A stretch of 63,993 bases of DNA, filler included, from Sphacelaria rigidula (Eukaryota): the NCBI GenBank assembly GCA_964200075.2. It is 3 parts of 3 records of this genome, joined end to end, with 100 filler letters (N's around TTAATTAATTAA, not from the genome) between each part and the next. Parts side by side here need not be neighbours in the genome. Positions count along the whole stretch, not along the records: positions 21,395 to 42,687 come from CAXNAA020000442.1; 2 more parts are not named here. One strand, 5' to 3'. Below are positions 26,036 to 37,398 of this stretch, piece after piece. The position numbers were made by a program, and so were the translations under genes. Each line of letters opens with the position of its first letter. The stretch's first letter is position 1. A model generated the notes under the pieces. The model was not told where the DNA came from. It saw only the letters and a list, made by a program, of their open reading frames with translations, and searched no databases.

Positions 26036-27558
26036 CAGGCCGGTTCACAGAAAAAAAAAACGATTCTGTCATCAGCGAATGCCTTTTGCAATACGCACCC
26101 AATAGTGGCATACACGGTATCATACTGACCGCAATGGACAGACGAAGAGGGTGACATAGCCGGACTTTTGTTCAAGGCTGTAGCGGTGGCGCTATGGACA
26201 AAAATATGTCTCGACCAATCAGCGCCTTTCAAACTGTTCCGAAATTGAAAATACGAATTTCAAGCACAATTTCCACTGAATTTTCACATGCTTCAGATCG
26301 TAGTGACCGTCATCACCTCAATAATCTAACGGGAGAAACGGATTTGAAAACGTTTCCAACGGGATCGAATTATACCCGAAACCGTAATGTTTCGGTGATG
26401 TTGAGTTTGGCGTCGTCTAATTTCCGCTCATGATAGACAGGAAAGACTCGAGGAGCCTCGTGACGATTTCCCTTATATCTGATTGTAGAAAAGCTCAGAT
26501 CATCCTCAAACTTGGCAGTTCCGTAGGTATTGATGCTCCAAATGGAGAAGTTGTGTTCTTGGCAAGGGTTCAAAGTTTCTCCGTTCTCTACCAGCTTCCG
26601 GGGGTCCCAGTACAAAGACCTCCGAAAGGCGGTACAGAATGACTCAAAAGAAGAAATAATGACATGATGCCTCCCGGGATGGTCCAAGGAACACATGTAC
26701 GAAGTTTGGTGGAGAAACTCGAAAATCTCATACCATTTTTCCTGCCTTGACGTAAAATTCACCCTAAAAGATGTTTTTATACTTAAACCAAGTAGTCAGG
26801 AGTTTGCACGTTTTAAGCTCACATCCTCGCACAAACGCGCAAATCTTCCACGCATTTATTAGAAGTTAGACCCTGAAACTCTGCACAAATATACTATGAA
26901 TCATTACGCAAGTTTCGATCAACGATGTTTTTCTAGTACTTGATTTTTTTACCGTTTTTCGGGGGTCCGACGGGATCCAAGTCGTTTTTTCGAAGTCGTC
27001 CATTCTAGGACCCCGAAAAACCGGCACTACGGTCTTGTTTTCATTTCTTCGCGAACGCTCTGTCGCCGCACAACCCAAGGAAGAACCCCACAAAGTTTCG
27101 TGGCCAAAATCGATTAACTGGTGCTTGAATTTTCTTGTTTACGTCAAAGAAGGCCCAAAAACGCCATTTTCATATTAAAATCTAGTAGTTTGCTGTTTCA
27201 TCGTGGCACGGCAAGGTTTATCGCACAAACGCGAAAAACTTCATGCCGTGTTAAGGAGTTAGACCCTGAAATTTTGCCCAACTGTGCTATGGGTCATTAC
27301 ACAACATTGTATTGACGAGGTTTTTGATATATTTATTTTTGCCGTTGTACGGGGGTGCGACTGGATCTAAGTTTTCCCGTAAGAACTAGGACCCCGGAAA
27401 AAGGTGAAATAAGTCAAAAAGTCAAAAGAAAAATCGACCTTGGAAAGTTGCGTGATCACCCATAGAACACCTGTGCAAAATTTCAGGGTCTAACCCCTTA
27501 AAGCAGCGCAAAGTTTTGCCGATGAGTGCTTTTGGGTTTTTTCCCGTGAACCAGCCTG
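26036..27558. mobile_element. Non-autonomous Tc1/mariner-type TIR element
   Basis: CAGGCCGGTTCACAGAAAAAA ... TTTTTTCCCGTGAACCAGCCTG with flanking TA at both ends; internal TTAGACCCTGAAA repeats. Confidence 0.8.
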
Positions 27559-28227
27559 TACTTGATTCAAGTTGCGTACTTCAATAAACGGGTTACCCTA
27601 TTTATGGGACCGGAGCCCTGCTTCGAGTAATTTTGTAGCTGTATGGGGTTTTCATTCGGGGGGGGAAGGTTGTCTTCGGGCAGTTCTACGCAGGCTGTGC
27701 GATCACCAACCTACACAAGTCCTATTTTAGGATCCCACTTTTTCTTCAAATTTAGAAATGACCTCCAAATCATCAGCTGCGAACACTCCACATTATCCTT
27801 CGCCTTGGAATCGCTCAACTTGGGCGGTGGTGCGAAGCGCCAAAAACCTTGTAGCAGTTATGGCAATTACATTTAGCCTCAGATATATCCCTTGCAGGTA
27901 GGTGTTATTTTCATTGTCGAGCCCTCAAAGGCCACCATTTCGCCTTTACTTGATTTTAGTATACTACCTTTTTTTCGCCATCTGCGCTTTCCTGCAGATG
28001 GGTGTCATTTCACTCTGGGCGCCCCACAAACCAGCATTTCGCCTTTACTTGATTTTAGAGTACGTCTCTCTTCGTGCCATTTTTTTCCCGACGTTTTCTG
28101 AAGCCAGCATCTTGTCTTTACTCGGTTTTCGAGTCTTCTTCGCTGATTCTCTCCTCTTCAGCATTTCACTGACGTTAGAATGCGGGGCTTTGGAGTACCA
28201 TTTGCTTTCCGCTCTGTGTTTTGCATG

Positions 28228-28988
28228 ACTTCAGTACTCATCATGAGTCTACCCGAGTTGATCTCCCTAAGCACGTCGCCCCCAATACTAGACGGCCCAG
28301 TGACCACTTCCTCAGGTATCACCTTGCATATGTTGGGACCCAACGCATCGCTAATAGCTGATAGTGTGGTACTCTTACCCGTCCTGCTGGGACCCACTAT
28401 GCACACCATGTGCGAGAGCTGCTTGGGGTCTACTATGCAGTTGCCTATGTGCCACAGTAGCACCAGGGTCAGGTCCTGCATCACGTTAGATACGGATGGG
28501 AATGCGCCCAGTTCGATGCAATCGATACCCATCATCAGCGGTACCTCTACCCCTATTAAGGGACACACACTCATACTAGGATCGTAGCTAACACTGGCAG
28601 ACGATTCGCACAACACGGACAACGGCTCCTCTGTCAGCGCCACTGTCACATCACCCTCTGCGTCGGAGTCATAGCCAGGGTCACCAGGAACCGAACTCCT
28701 TACTTCCATACCGTGGCGACCAGTGGCTAGGCAAACACTCATTGGGAACTTGACCCTAGGTATCGGACCATTGAGGAGTATTTGCTTCACTGGCTCGGCG
28801 GCGATCGCAGTATTGACACTCGCACTCGAACCACTACTGAAGCTGATGTGCCTTGTAGCCAGTCCACTGTCGATAGGTGTCCATCCACCTAGGGGTCCCG
28901 CATAAATATACACAGTACCATTGCTCATTGCTACGTGACCATCCCTCAGCAATCTGTTGGCTATCTCTGCTGGCGACACTATGGTCAT
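28228..28988 (-). pseudogene. Virus/plasmid-type D5-like superfamily-3 helicase, C-terminally truncated
   Basis: D5_N-like start (GTVYIYAG..GW), LLWHIGNCI...MVCIVGPSRTGKSTTLSAISDALG (Walker A), GRLMMSTE (Walker B). Intronless; cut by host repeat before motif C. Confidence 0.85.
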
Positions 28989-29778
28989 GGTGATACGGTC
29001 AGTGAAGGCCAGTGGTGGTTATTTATACATTACTTGTAGCGGTACACCACCCACCACCATCATGACCAACGAGTCACACCTGCTGAGAGACATCACTAGG
29101 TGGGTGGACAAGGTAGAGCACAGAGGGGACCACGAGGATGAGGGGAAGGACGTGATCTTTGGCACCCCCAACCGGAGACTGGAGAGGATAGCTAGCATAG
29201 TGGGACTATCTATCGGGTGCAGGTACGATGGTGTGAATGTCGAGGAGGGGTTTGAGGACAGCTACTGCGTGATGGGCTACGATATCGAGTGTGAGTTCGA
29301 TCCTAGTGGCTCTGTACCGGTAACGGACAGGGGCCGTATCATCTGTGCTAGTGTGTCCTGTAGTTGTGGCTATGCTATGAGCTATGGTACCGTACACTGC
29401 GACTATGGCCGTAACTACAAGAGGGTATCCGACTCTACTAAGGCCGCGGTTGAGCTGATGAGGTGCATACAGAGACACATGCCACTCTTCATTGTGGGGC
29501 ACAACGCATACCAGTTCGACAACAGGGTCCTGGCTTACTGGGTGGGCTGCAACCACAGGTACACGGACGAGTTGTGCATTGATAAGTACTTCCGAGTCGT
29601 ACCTAGCACCAGGGGACGCGACGACAGCATATCAGTGATGATGACCATACCTGGTACTAACAACGTCGATATGCTAGTGTGGTTCAGGAGCACGATGTTC
29701 ACTGAGTACCATAGCTTTGGGCTCAACGCGTTGTGCAAGGCGGAAGGTATACGTGGCAAGGCCCACACAGTGGACTGA
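28987..29778 (+). CDS. polB: Family-B DNA polymerase 3'-5' exonuclease domain, virus-like
   Basis: ExoI VMGYDIEC, ExoII FIVGHNAYQFD, followed by NVDML..YHSFGLNALC...GK. Intronless and open for 263 codons; no ExoIII. Confidence 0.88.
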   Translation: MVIRSVKASGGYLYITCSGTPPTTIMTNESHLLRDITRWVDKVEHRGDHEDEGKDVIFGTPNRRLERIASIVGLSIGCRYDGVNVEEGFEDSYCVMGYDIECEFDPSGSVPVTDRGRIICASVSCSCGYAMSYGTVHCDYGRNYKRVSDSTKAAVELMRCIQRHMPLFIVGHNAYQFDNRVLAYWVGCNHRYTDELCIDKYFRVVPSTRGRDDSISVMMTIPGTNNVDMLVWFRSTMFTEYHSFGLNALCKAEGIRGKAHTVD

Positions 29779-30019
29779 TGCAGAGGCTGAACCTGTTAGT
29801 GGCTTCAGGAGTGCATTACGTCCCCGCCGGTTCAGTGGCTTCAGGAGTGATGCTAGAGAGGGAGCTGAGGTGCGAGGAGGTAAGCACGGGTCTGGGAGTG
29901 GTCAGTTCCAATTGCAGCGTCACTACCAGGACCAGTTGCATGTACCTGGAACCACTCACTACCCTCACTGGTTGCGTGGTGATAGACATGGACTACAGTC
30001 GGGAAGCACCTACTTCCCT
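29778..30019 (+). pseudogene. Truncated ORF with a degenerate PolB motif A (region II)
   Basis: ATG overlaps the upstream TGA. MYLEPLTTLTGCVVIDMDYSREAPTS aligns with the VLEP..G....V..LDF.SLYPS consensus. Confidence 0.5.
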
Positions 30020-31638
30020 GTGCCCCGCATCTCAGCAGACCCTTCCAACTTTGCCGGGTCTCAGCGGCCCCTTCGAATGCATGGCGGGGCTGCACTCGGA
30101 ATCGGCATTATTTTCACTCAATCATGTTAAAAGAAGTGATTATGTTCACGACGGCTAGATTAAACACGTTCACTCGACGAAAAGAGACGATCATGTTCTT
30201 CATCACATCATAATCTCTACTTGTTTTTCAGAGACTTTTTCGCCGATCCTCTTCTCTTTAGCATTTACTGATATTAGGTTGCGTGGGTTTGGAGTACCAC
30301 TTGCTTTCTGCGCTGTTTTGCATGGTTTTCGAGTGCCGCGTCTCAGCGGACACTTCGAAGGCATGCCGTGGCTGCACTTGGCATCGGCATCATTTTAACT
30401 TGATCATGTTAAAGAAGCGATTATGTTCATGACGAGGTACAAGAGGAACAGAAGAGATAGCGGTGTGCGTCGATCGAAGTGCCATCTCGACTGAGTACAG
30501 TTTACTCTCGAGCGTATTTTGATGTGTGAATCGATCGGCGTGCCATCTCAAAAGAACTCAGTTTACTCTGGGGGCAGGGCTTCAGCACCTGTGTCGAAAT
30601 TTGAATCGTTCCGATTTTCATCGTGTTTGAATCGGCATCATGTTCACTTGAATCGGCATCATTGGCGTCAAGATCGTCATCCATTGTGACGTTCGTGGCC
30701 CGCATTGATTAATTGGTGAAAACGCTCTGAGCTCGGATCTCCTGTTCTGTACCGTTCCGGCATCTGCTGAAAAAACTCACAAACACCAACGGTCAGCGCA
30801 TCATCTCCTTCAGCTTGAGTCATTGTCTCACCGGGCCCTTCGAAGGCATGGCGTGGCGCAGCTGCATTTGGAATCAGTATCATTTTCACTTATTATGTTA
30901 CAGGAAACGATCGTGTTCATGACGAGGTACACAAGGAACAAACGAGATAGCGATGTGAGTCGACCGGCGTGCCATTTCGACGGAGTACAGTTTACTCTCT
31001 GGGCAGGGCTTGAACATCCCTAACGTGTTTTGATGCGCGAGGCGATCAGCGTGTCATCTCGAGTGAGCACAGTTTATTCTCGAGGCAGGGCGTCAACACC
31101 TCGAGTTCGTTTTGATCTCACACGCGTGTCTCTTCCCTCCTGTTGAAAATTGAATGGGCAGGCATCGCTCCGTTTTTTTTTACAGTTTTTGAATCGGTGC
31201 CATCGCTATCATGAGCTTCTTGGGCCGTGATTGGTGAAAGTCATCTCGGCTCGGGTCTTCTGTTCTGCACCGTTCCGGCATCTGCTGAAAGAGCTCGAAC
31301 AAACACCAACGGTCAGCGCATCATCTCCTTCAGCTCGGGAAATTGCTGGGGAAAATATCGTTCTTGACATCCTTGAAACGGTCTACTTCCTCGGGCCGAG
31401 AAACAATCACCCATGTCTGGGACGCACTTTGGTCTTTTTCTTCGGCTGGGATCATTTTCGTGGGACCTGCCACCCCCGACCGCATTCATTCAGTCATCTT
31501 CACTCATGTTCATGACGCATTCACTCATGTTCATGACTCCGAGGAACATATCTTTGTTCCACTCCCCCCAGCACCAAACGAAGAAGAGCGAACTACGCCC
31601 CACGGCGAAGGGATTGGACAGTGTGTTGGTGCAAGGGT

Positions 31639-32250
31639 GCGAGAACACGACGTCACCCGCTGCTGTGCGAGCTTTGATGGGTGCAGCAACTACGCAGCGA
31701 CAGGGTGTAAGTCCAAAGTATCCATCTATGCGTAAGTACAAAGTATCCATCCTAGCCAACGCGTCGCCGTGCTGCACCTGTCTTCTGTAGTGGACATGAA
31801 GCCGGTCGTGCTGTGCCTGGGGGTGCCGAACCCAAAGGCAGAAAAAAGCAAGACTGGAAACGCACGTTAGCTATGTGCATCAAACCTGCTCTTGACACGC
31901 AAAGCAAACCTGCTTTTCCAGTCGTGGTTTTTTCTGTATCAAGCTTCGGCACCCCCAGGCACAGCACTGTCAGCTTTATGTCCACTAGCCAGGTGCAGCA
32001 CCGCGACGGGTTGGCGAGGATGGACACTTTGTACCTACACCCTGTCGTTGCGTAGATGGTACGTCCACCAAAGGTCGCCCAGCAGCGGGTGAGGTCGGCG
32101 TTCTCGCGGACGCACAGAACAAATATGTTATTCCAGTCTCGGTTGTCTCGGTTTTTCTGCCTTCAGGTTCGGCACCCCCAGGCACAGCACGCCCGGCTTG
32201 ATGTCCACAGGACAGGTTAAGCACGGTGATGCGTTGGCGAGGATGGGTAT
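31639..32250. repeat. Long imperfect inverted repeat plus a third partial arm
   Basis: 31639-31860 is the reverse complement of 31915-32107 with a ~55-nt loop. 32131-32250 repeats part of the right arm. Confidence 0.85.
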
Positions 32251-32300
32251 CTTATAGTTGAAAGCTATAGGTGAAAAGCGTGTCATCAAACATCAACAAT

Positions 32301-32645
32301 GCCGCCACGCCCCGGTGGTGTAAATTAAAACGGTCCGACTGTCACCAACCACTAAGGTGGATCCAGCGTGGGTTCGATTCCCGATACGTTGGTTTTTTTC
32401 TGCGAAATTGATGATTTCCACCGTGGAAAACGTGAGTACATGAATAAGCAAAAGTAGTTGATCGAGTTTGTTTGACGAGAGATGACGCGGTGCGGGAGTG
32501 CTACCCCAATCCGCGAGACCCAAATGCAAGGCGTGTGCTCTACCGGGGGAGAGATGAGTTGATGGTTGATCCCTCGAGACCGCGGATTCGTCCCCAGGAG
32601 AAGAGGGGGGGAGGTTCAAAGTGTGACAAAAATAAAACAAAAATA
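32301..32645 (+). mobile_element. tRNA-derived SINE family A, copy 3
   Basis: Same head, GGTTCGATTCC B box and body as the copies at 1377 and 20508. Confidence 0.78.
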
Positions 32646-33457
32646 ATGGCCTTTTCCTCATACCCTCTTCCTGGGACGACATATGCCACAATATGGACAC
32701 GACGCGAATGGTCCGATAGGTTGAGAGTTGATGAGCACCCAACGGGAAGGACACCGTTCCTCATGTATCTTGGCTGTCGCTCCATTTAGCGTGGGAGCGC
32801 AAGCCGCCGAAACCGTCAAATATATATATATATATATATATTCTATAACGCATGCAATGTGATGAAGCGACGACACCTCTTGGTATATAGAGGGCAGATC
32901 CAAAATATCATCCATCGGTCCGTTCCGCCTCGGATCAGTGCTTCACTTTGGGAAAACATTGAAAACAAAGCACGCAAAAACGCAACAGCGATGTCACGGT
33001 AAGGGTGCACCTATTTGGCCCAAAGGTGTGTCGTGTCGGGGCCCCAAAACTTGGGAGCCGCCAGTAGTATTGGCCAGGACGTGTCCTTTTCAAAATTCAC
33101 GTCTGGATGTCTCCAGCCCATCATTGGATGACTGATCGTACAGCGTTTTCACAGAGAGTAATGATCATTTATTAAATCGTTTTTTGGATGAAATACAGGG
33201 GTCCCGATAACGATATATTTGCGAGAAATTCTTACGTGCACCCCCCCTTTTGTGGCATCACTCTCAAACACGAACTGTTTTTATTTTTTGAATAAAACAA
33301 GAGAACACACACACAGCAAGAAAGTCGATTTCCTGGATCATGGCGTAGGTGGAGCAAGTCAGCTTACGAGTTTCTACGTTGCCATCACATGAACGTATCT
33401 AATTTTTTGCCGGTGCATTCTCCCCCCGTCGCCAGTGGCCTACGGTGCAGAACTTTT

Positions 33458-35377
33458 CACACGTCGGACAACTCAACTCAGGTTAACACGAGTGAACTCT
33501 TTTCGGCATGACTCACCTGTGAGTTATAGCAAAACATAAGTCAGTGGTGCACGTTCTGGTCGGGTGAGTTATACAGCATGGCTCAGCGATGCAAAATGTG
33601 GCTGGCTGGGCGAGTTGTAATACATAACTCAGCGGTGCACATTCTGGCGGAGTGAGTTTTAGCAGCGTAACTCAGCGGTGCATATTCTGCCCGGGTGAGT
33701 TATGGAAGATGACTCAGCGATGCATATTCTGATGAGGCGAGTTATAGAAGATGACTCAGCGATGCATATTCTGATCGGGTGAGGTATAGAAGATAACTCA
33801 GCGGTGCACGCTATGGCAGGGTAAGTTATATTGCCTCTGTGCCATAAGTATTGGTCCTTATGATTGCACGGAGCCTTGACGGTGTGAAATTTGATTTTCG
33901 ATCTCTTTATTGCATTCGTCGGCGTTTCTTGAGCTAAAACCAACGTTATTTCTACAACGTGGGTGCTTGACCCATGCAGCCGCGTGTCCGAGAAAAAGTG
34001 CATCGGTCCAAAAACGGCCATTTTTCGTTCGCTTTCCCAGAAAAGCATGAGAGGGCCGGGAACACGAAAAATCGCGAAAAATGGGCCAGAAAATGTGAAA
34101 ATCGCGAAACCACCATTGATTTTGGACATGTCCGTCATGTTAACCGACGCACGCCCCATCCAACATTTTGGTAGCATGTAATTGCTAGTGCTTGACGTGA
34201 AAACGTCCAAAAATCGGTCAATAATGTGGGTATAAATGGATCAAAAAGGGTCAAAATGGGGTATATTACGAATTAATTTTAGTCATGGAAGCAAGTGTTT
34301 TCTCTCGGGGTTTCTCCTTCATGAGCTTCGTCTGCGCTTTACCTCTCTAACGAACCCTACCATAGGTTGATCGTCACCGTTGAAATACCCAAACGATTAA
34401 ACGCCCATGAGGACCTTTACTTGTGGCACAGAGGAAGTAGACGATAAGTCAGAGATGCATATTCTGGCCGGGTGAGTTATAAAACATAACTCAGCGGTGC
34501 ACATTCTGGTCGGGTGAGTTGCACAAGATAACTCAGTGGTACATATCCTGGCCGGGTGAGTTGTAGAAGATAACTCAGCGGTGCATAATCTGGTCAGGTG
34601 AATTATAGATCATACCTCATCGCTGCAGAATCTGGCCGGGTGAGTTATATACTATACAACATAACTGATCGGTCAAAAAGAGAGCGACACCTGGAGCTCC
34701 CTCATGTGTTTCGAGTTCTGTACACGGAGATGAGTTATTTGCCTCTCTCATTGTGCTCCCGTATTATATGTGCTCGTATTACACCTGCGGAAGTATTTAT
34801 TTTTTCTGGTGCGGATCGACCCCGGGATTTCTCATGCCACATGTGTCGGCAGACGTGTCACGTGATGACGTGGTTCTGCTTAGGCCGTGGTTTAACGAGA
34901 CAAGAAAAGTGAGAAGGCGCGGTGAGAGTGCGAGCGATACTGGGGATTGTGCGGTTTCTTTTCCTTTCTGTTGTCCTTCCCGTTGGTTGCTCATTAGCTC
35001 CCAACCTATCGGATAGACCAAACAAAACAAGAAAATATCATAACCGCCGGAATCACCGTCACCCTCACGGCACGTACGCACTTGTCTTGCCTCGCCTTGA
35101 AACGGGTCTTCGCACAAGTGACCGGTGTTGACCCCTGCGTTCCACATGTTTCCGATCGGGTGGGTTGGTCGTACGACATGACTCATTTTTCGATAACTCA
35201 GCTGTGAGTGATGCAAGATGACTAAGCGGTGCACATTCTGGCCAGGTGACTTATAGAAGATAACTCAGCGGTGCATATCTGGGCGGGTTAGTTATAGAAG
35301 ATAACTCCGCGGTGCATATTTTCGGCCGGTGAGTTATACGGCATAACTGAGTTGACTCATGAGTTGTCCGACGTGTG
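33458..35377. mobile_element. TIR element with internal ~44-bp tandem repeats
   Basis: TIR CACACGTCGGACAACTCA / TGAGTTGTCCGACGTGTG, flanks GAACTTTT / TAACTTTT, unit AACTCAGCGGTGCATATTCTGGCCGGGTGAGTTATAGAAGAT. Confidence 0.8.
33831..34437. mobile_element. Nested MITE with TA target duplication
   Basis: CCTCTGTGCCATAAGTATTGGTCCTTATG / CATGAGGACCTTTACTTGTGGCACAGAGG. It splits one 44-bp unit at a TA. Confidence 0.8.
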
Positions 35378-35385
35378 TAACTTTT

Positions 35386-35685
35386 CAAGGTTATGTTTCG
35401 TAGGGTACGGGTAGGTTCGGTAGAGCATAACATTTCTTATAGAACTTACGGAACTGTCGGGTACCGGTGTGGAAGTATTACATAACTTGCAGAACCTGTC
35501 GGGTACGGTATGTGGAAGCTGTACAGAAACCCTTACCGTAACCGGGTATTTCTGCAAGGGTAAACACCCGTACCCCGAGTACGGGTAACATTTCATACAG
35601 TTGTTACAGAACTGTCGGGTACGGGTAATAACCGCGTAACTTCCCCGGGTGTACCAAAAGCCGTGCCCTATAGAACACAACCTTC
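35386..35685. mobile_element. MITE of ~300 bp
   Basis: AAGGTTATGTTTCGTAGGGTACGG / CCGTGCCCTATAGAACACAACCTT inverted ends; internal GAACTGTCGGGTAC repeats. Confidence 0.75.
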
Positions 35686-36227
35686 GAATTTTGTGTGCAG
35701 TACGTCGTATTCGAGATAATAATGACTCACACCCCCGCAGGGGCTGGAACAAGATTTTTCCCAAACCAGAGCGGACGACGCATGCGTCGGTCCGACTTCC
35801 TGATAACGAATGTCTCATAAAATAGAGCAAGGCCACAACGCCGTGCGTACAGAGCTGACGCATCTTCTTTGACAAGGCGAATGATTCCAGACGCCCTTGC
35901 ATTTGGCCTGGCCCGGACAGTGTTGAGCTTTGATTCGGACTTCGAAATCGCGACAAAAAAAAACGTCGGGTTCACGCGCATGACGTGTGTGCTATGGTTG
36001 TGAGCGCGTACGATCATCATCAGCTTCAATAATAAACATCCGATTATGTGAAAGAATTCGGGACGCGGGGCCATAATTGGCGGGGGAACAAGCACCACAC
36101 AACCGGCACGAAGAAAAAAACGTATCACGCCGGTCTTGATGATCGATAGGATTTTTCGCGGCGGATCTCGGTTTGTTTGTTTGTTCGTTGGTTTACTCGA
36201 TCGTTCATTTTCTCCGATGATTCTCAC

Positions 36228-37367
36228 CTTTCCGTGCATCAAACGAAGATCGCGCTCCCTCTCGTCAATCTGCATCCGCAACTCGGCGATGTCGTGATCC
36301 TTGCCGGCGAGCCGCATGTTCAGTTCCGAGATGGTCTCCTCCAACGACCGCCTCTCCCGCTCCAACGCCATCCACGCACCGCCGTCTCTGCCGGTGCTGC
36401 TTGAGCTCCCACCGGATCGACTCGAGGTACTTGAAAAACAAAGAGAAAAAAGGGGGGGGGGGGGGGAGAAATGGGAGGCAAACAAACACGTCATGTTTTC
36501 CCTTCGTTTTTTTTTGTACGTATCGCTCGCCTAACGGTGAATTGTTTTGAGAAGCGCGAGTGACGCCTATACGTGTGTGTAGATTGGAAGAGAGTGGTCT
36601 GCTGCATGATGCCGTGCGCGCGCGCTTCGTGGTGTACGTACACTGTAGCCCGCAGCAGATGTCCGTGCTCTGTGACTCCACGACTATACCATCTACACTC
36701 ACGCCATCTGCCGCTGAATAGCATCGGAAACGACTTCCAGCCGCGAAAAAAAATCAACTCCTTTCGGCCATACGGTTACCGTAACGCGACCAAAAATGCA
36801 CGGATGTGTTACCCCCCTGGCTCCCAGTACGGCGACTTACCCCACGCCGAAGTAGAGACTCGTGTGCAGCATACAAACCTCACAAATACACGAGCAGAAA
36901 AATGTTTCCCCTGAGTCATCGCTCCGACAACATACATGTCCACAGTTCTCACGACGTAAAATACAAAAAGGGAGAACAAAAGTCACCTGTAAAGTGTACG
37001 AAGCTCCATCAGACTCGAAAAAGCCACGCCCCACTTCTTCTCAAACTCCCAGCTCTCGTCCCTCTCCCCCCCATCCACCCTGCCGCCCATCATGCCACCG
37101 AAGCCCACTGAGTTGCCGTGACTTGCCGGGGATAGCGGCGTAAGCGCAAGCGACGGAGAGCGGGCGGCCGGCGGCGGCGCAGTCGCGCAACGCTGAGGCA
37201 CCGGCTGGTTTGACCAGTGCGCGCCCCCGAATTCCACGCTCGGGTAGTCACCTCCGCCGCCGGCCGACCGTGACCGACGGCTTCTGGTATTGCCGTCCCC
37301 CTGCGGCGGCGGCGGTGCGTGTTGATGATGCTCGCCATCACCGCCACCGCCGCCGCCACCACCACCG

Positions 37368-37398
<31 letters not shown>

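Larger units (their letters stand above)
27920..31340. repeat. Degenerate local repeat array that hosts the virus-like insert
   Basis: 28110-28227 resembles 30205-30325. CTTCGAA.GCATG.CG.GGCTGCACT.GG.ATCGGCAT.ATTTT recurs near 30070, 30355 and 30840. 30715-30815 resembles 31230-31335. Confidence 0.8.

Noticed and set aside
28158-28227. C-terminal QNTERKANG...VKC of the helicase ORF
   Set aside because: Read-through into the host repeat, which is duplicated at ~30255-30325.
28180-28587. Plus-strand 135-aa ORF (and minus-strand ORFs at 29206-29768)
   Set aside because: Antisense shadows of the helicase and polymerase ORFs.
33530-35350. ~44-bp periodic repeats as a CRISPR array
   Set aside because: They are contiguous degenerate units without spacers, enclosed by TIRs.
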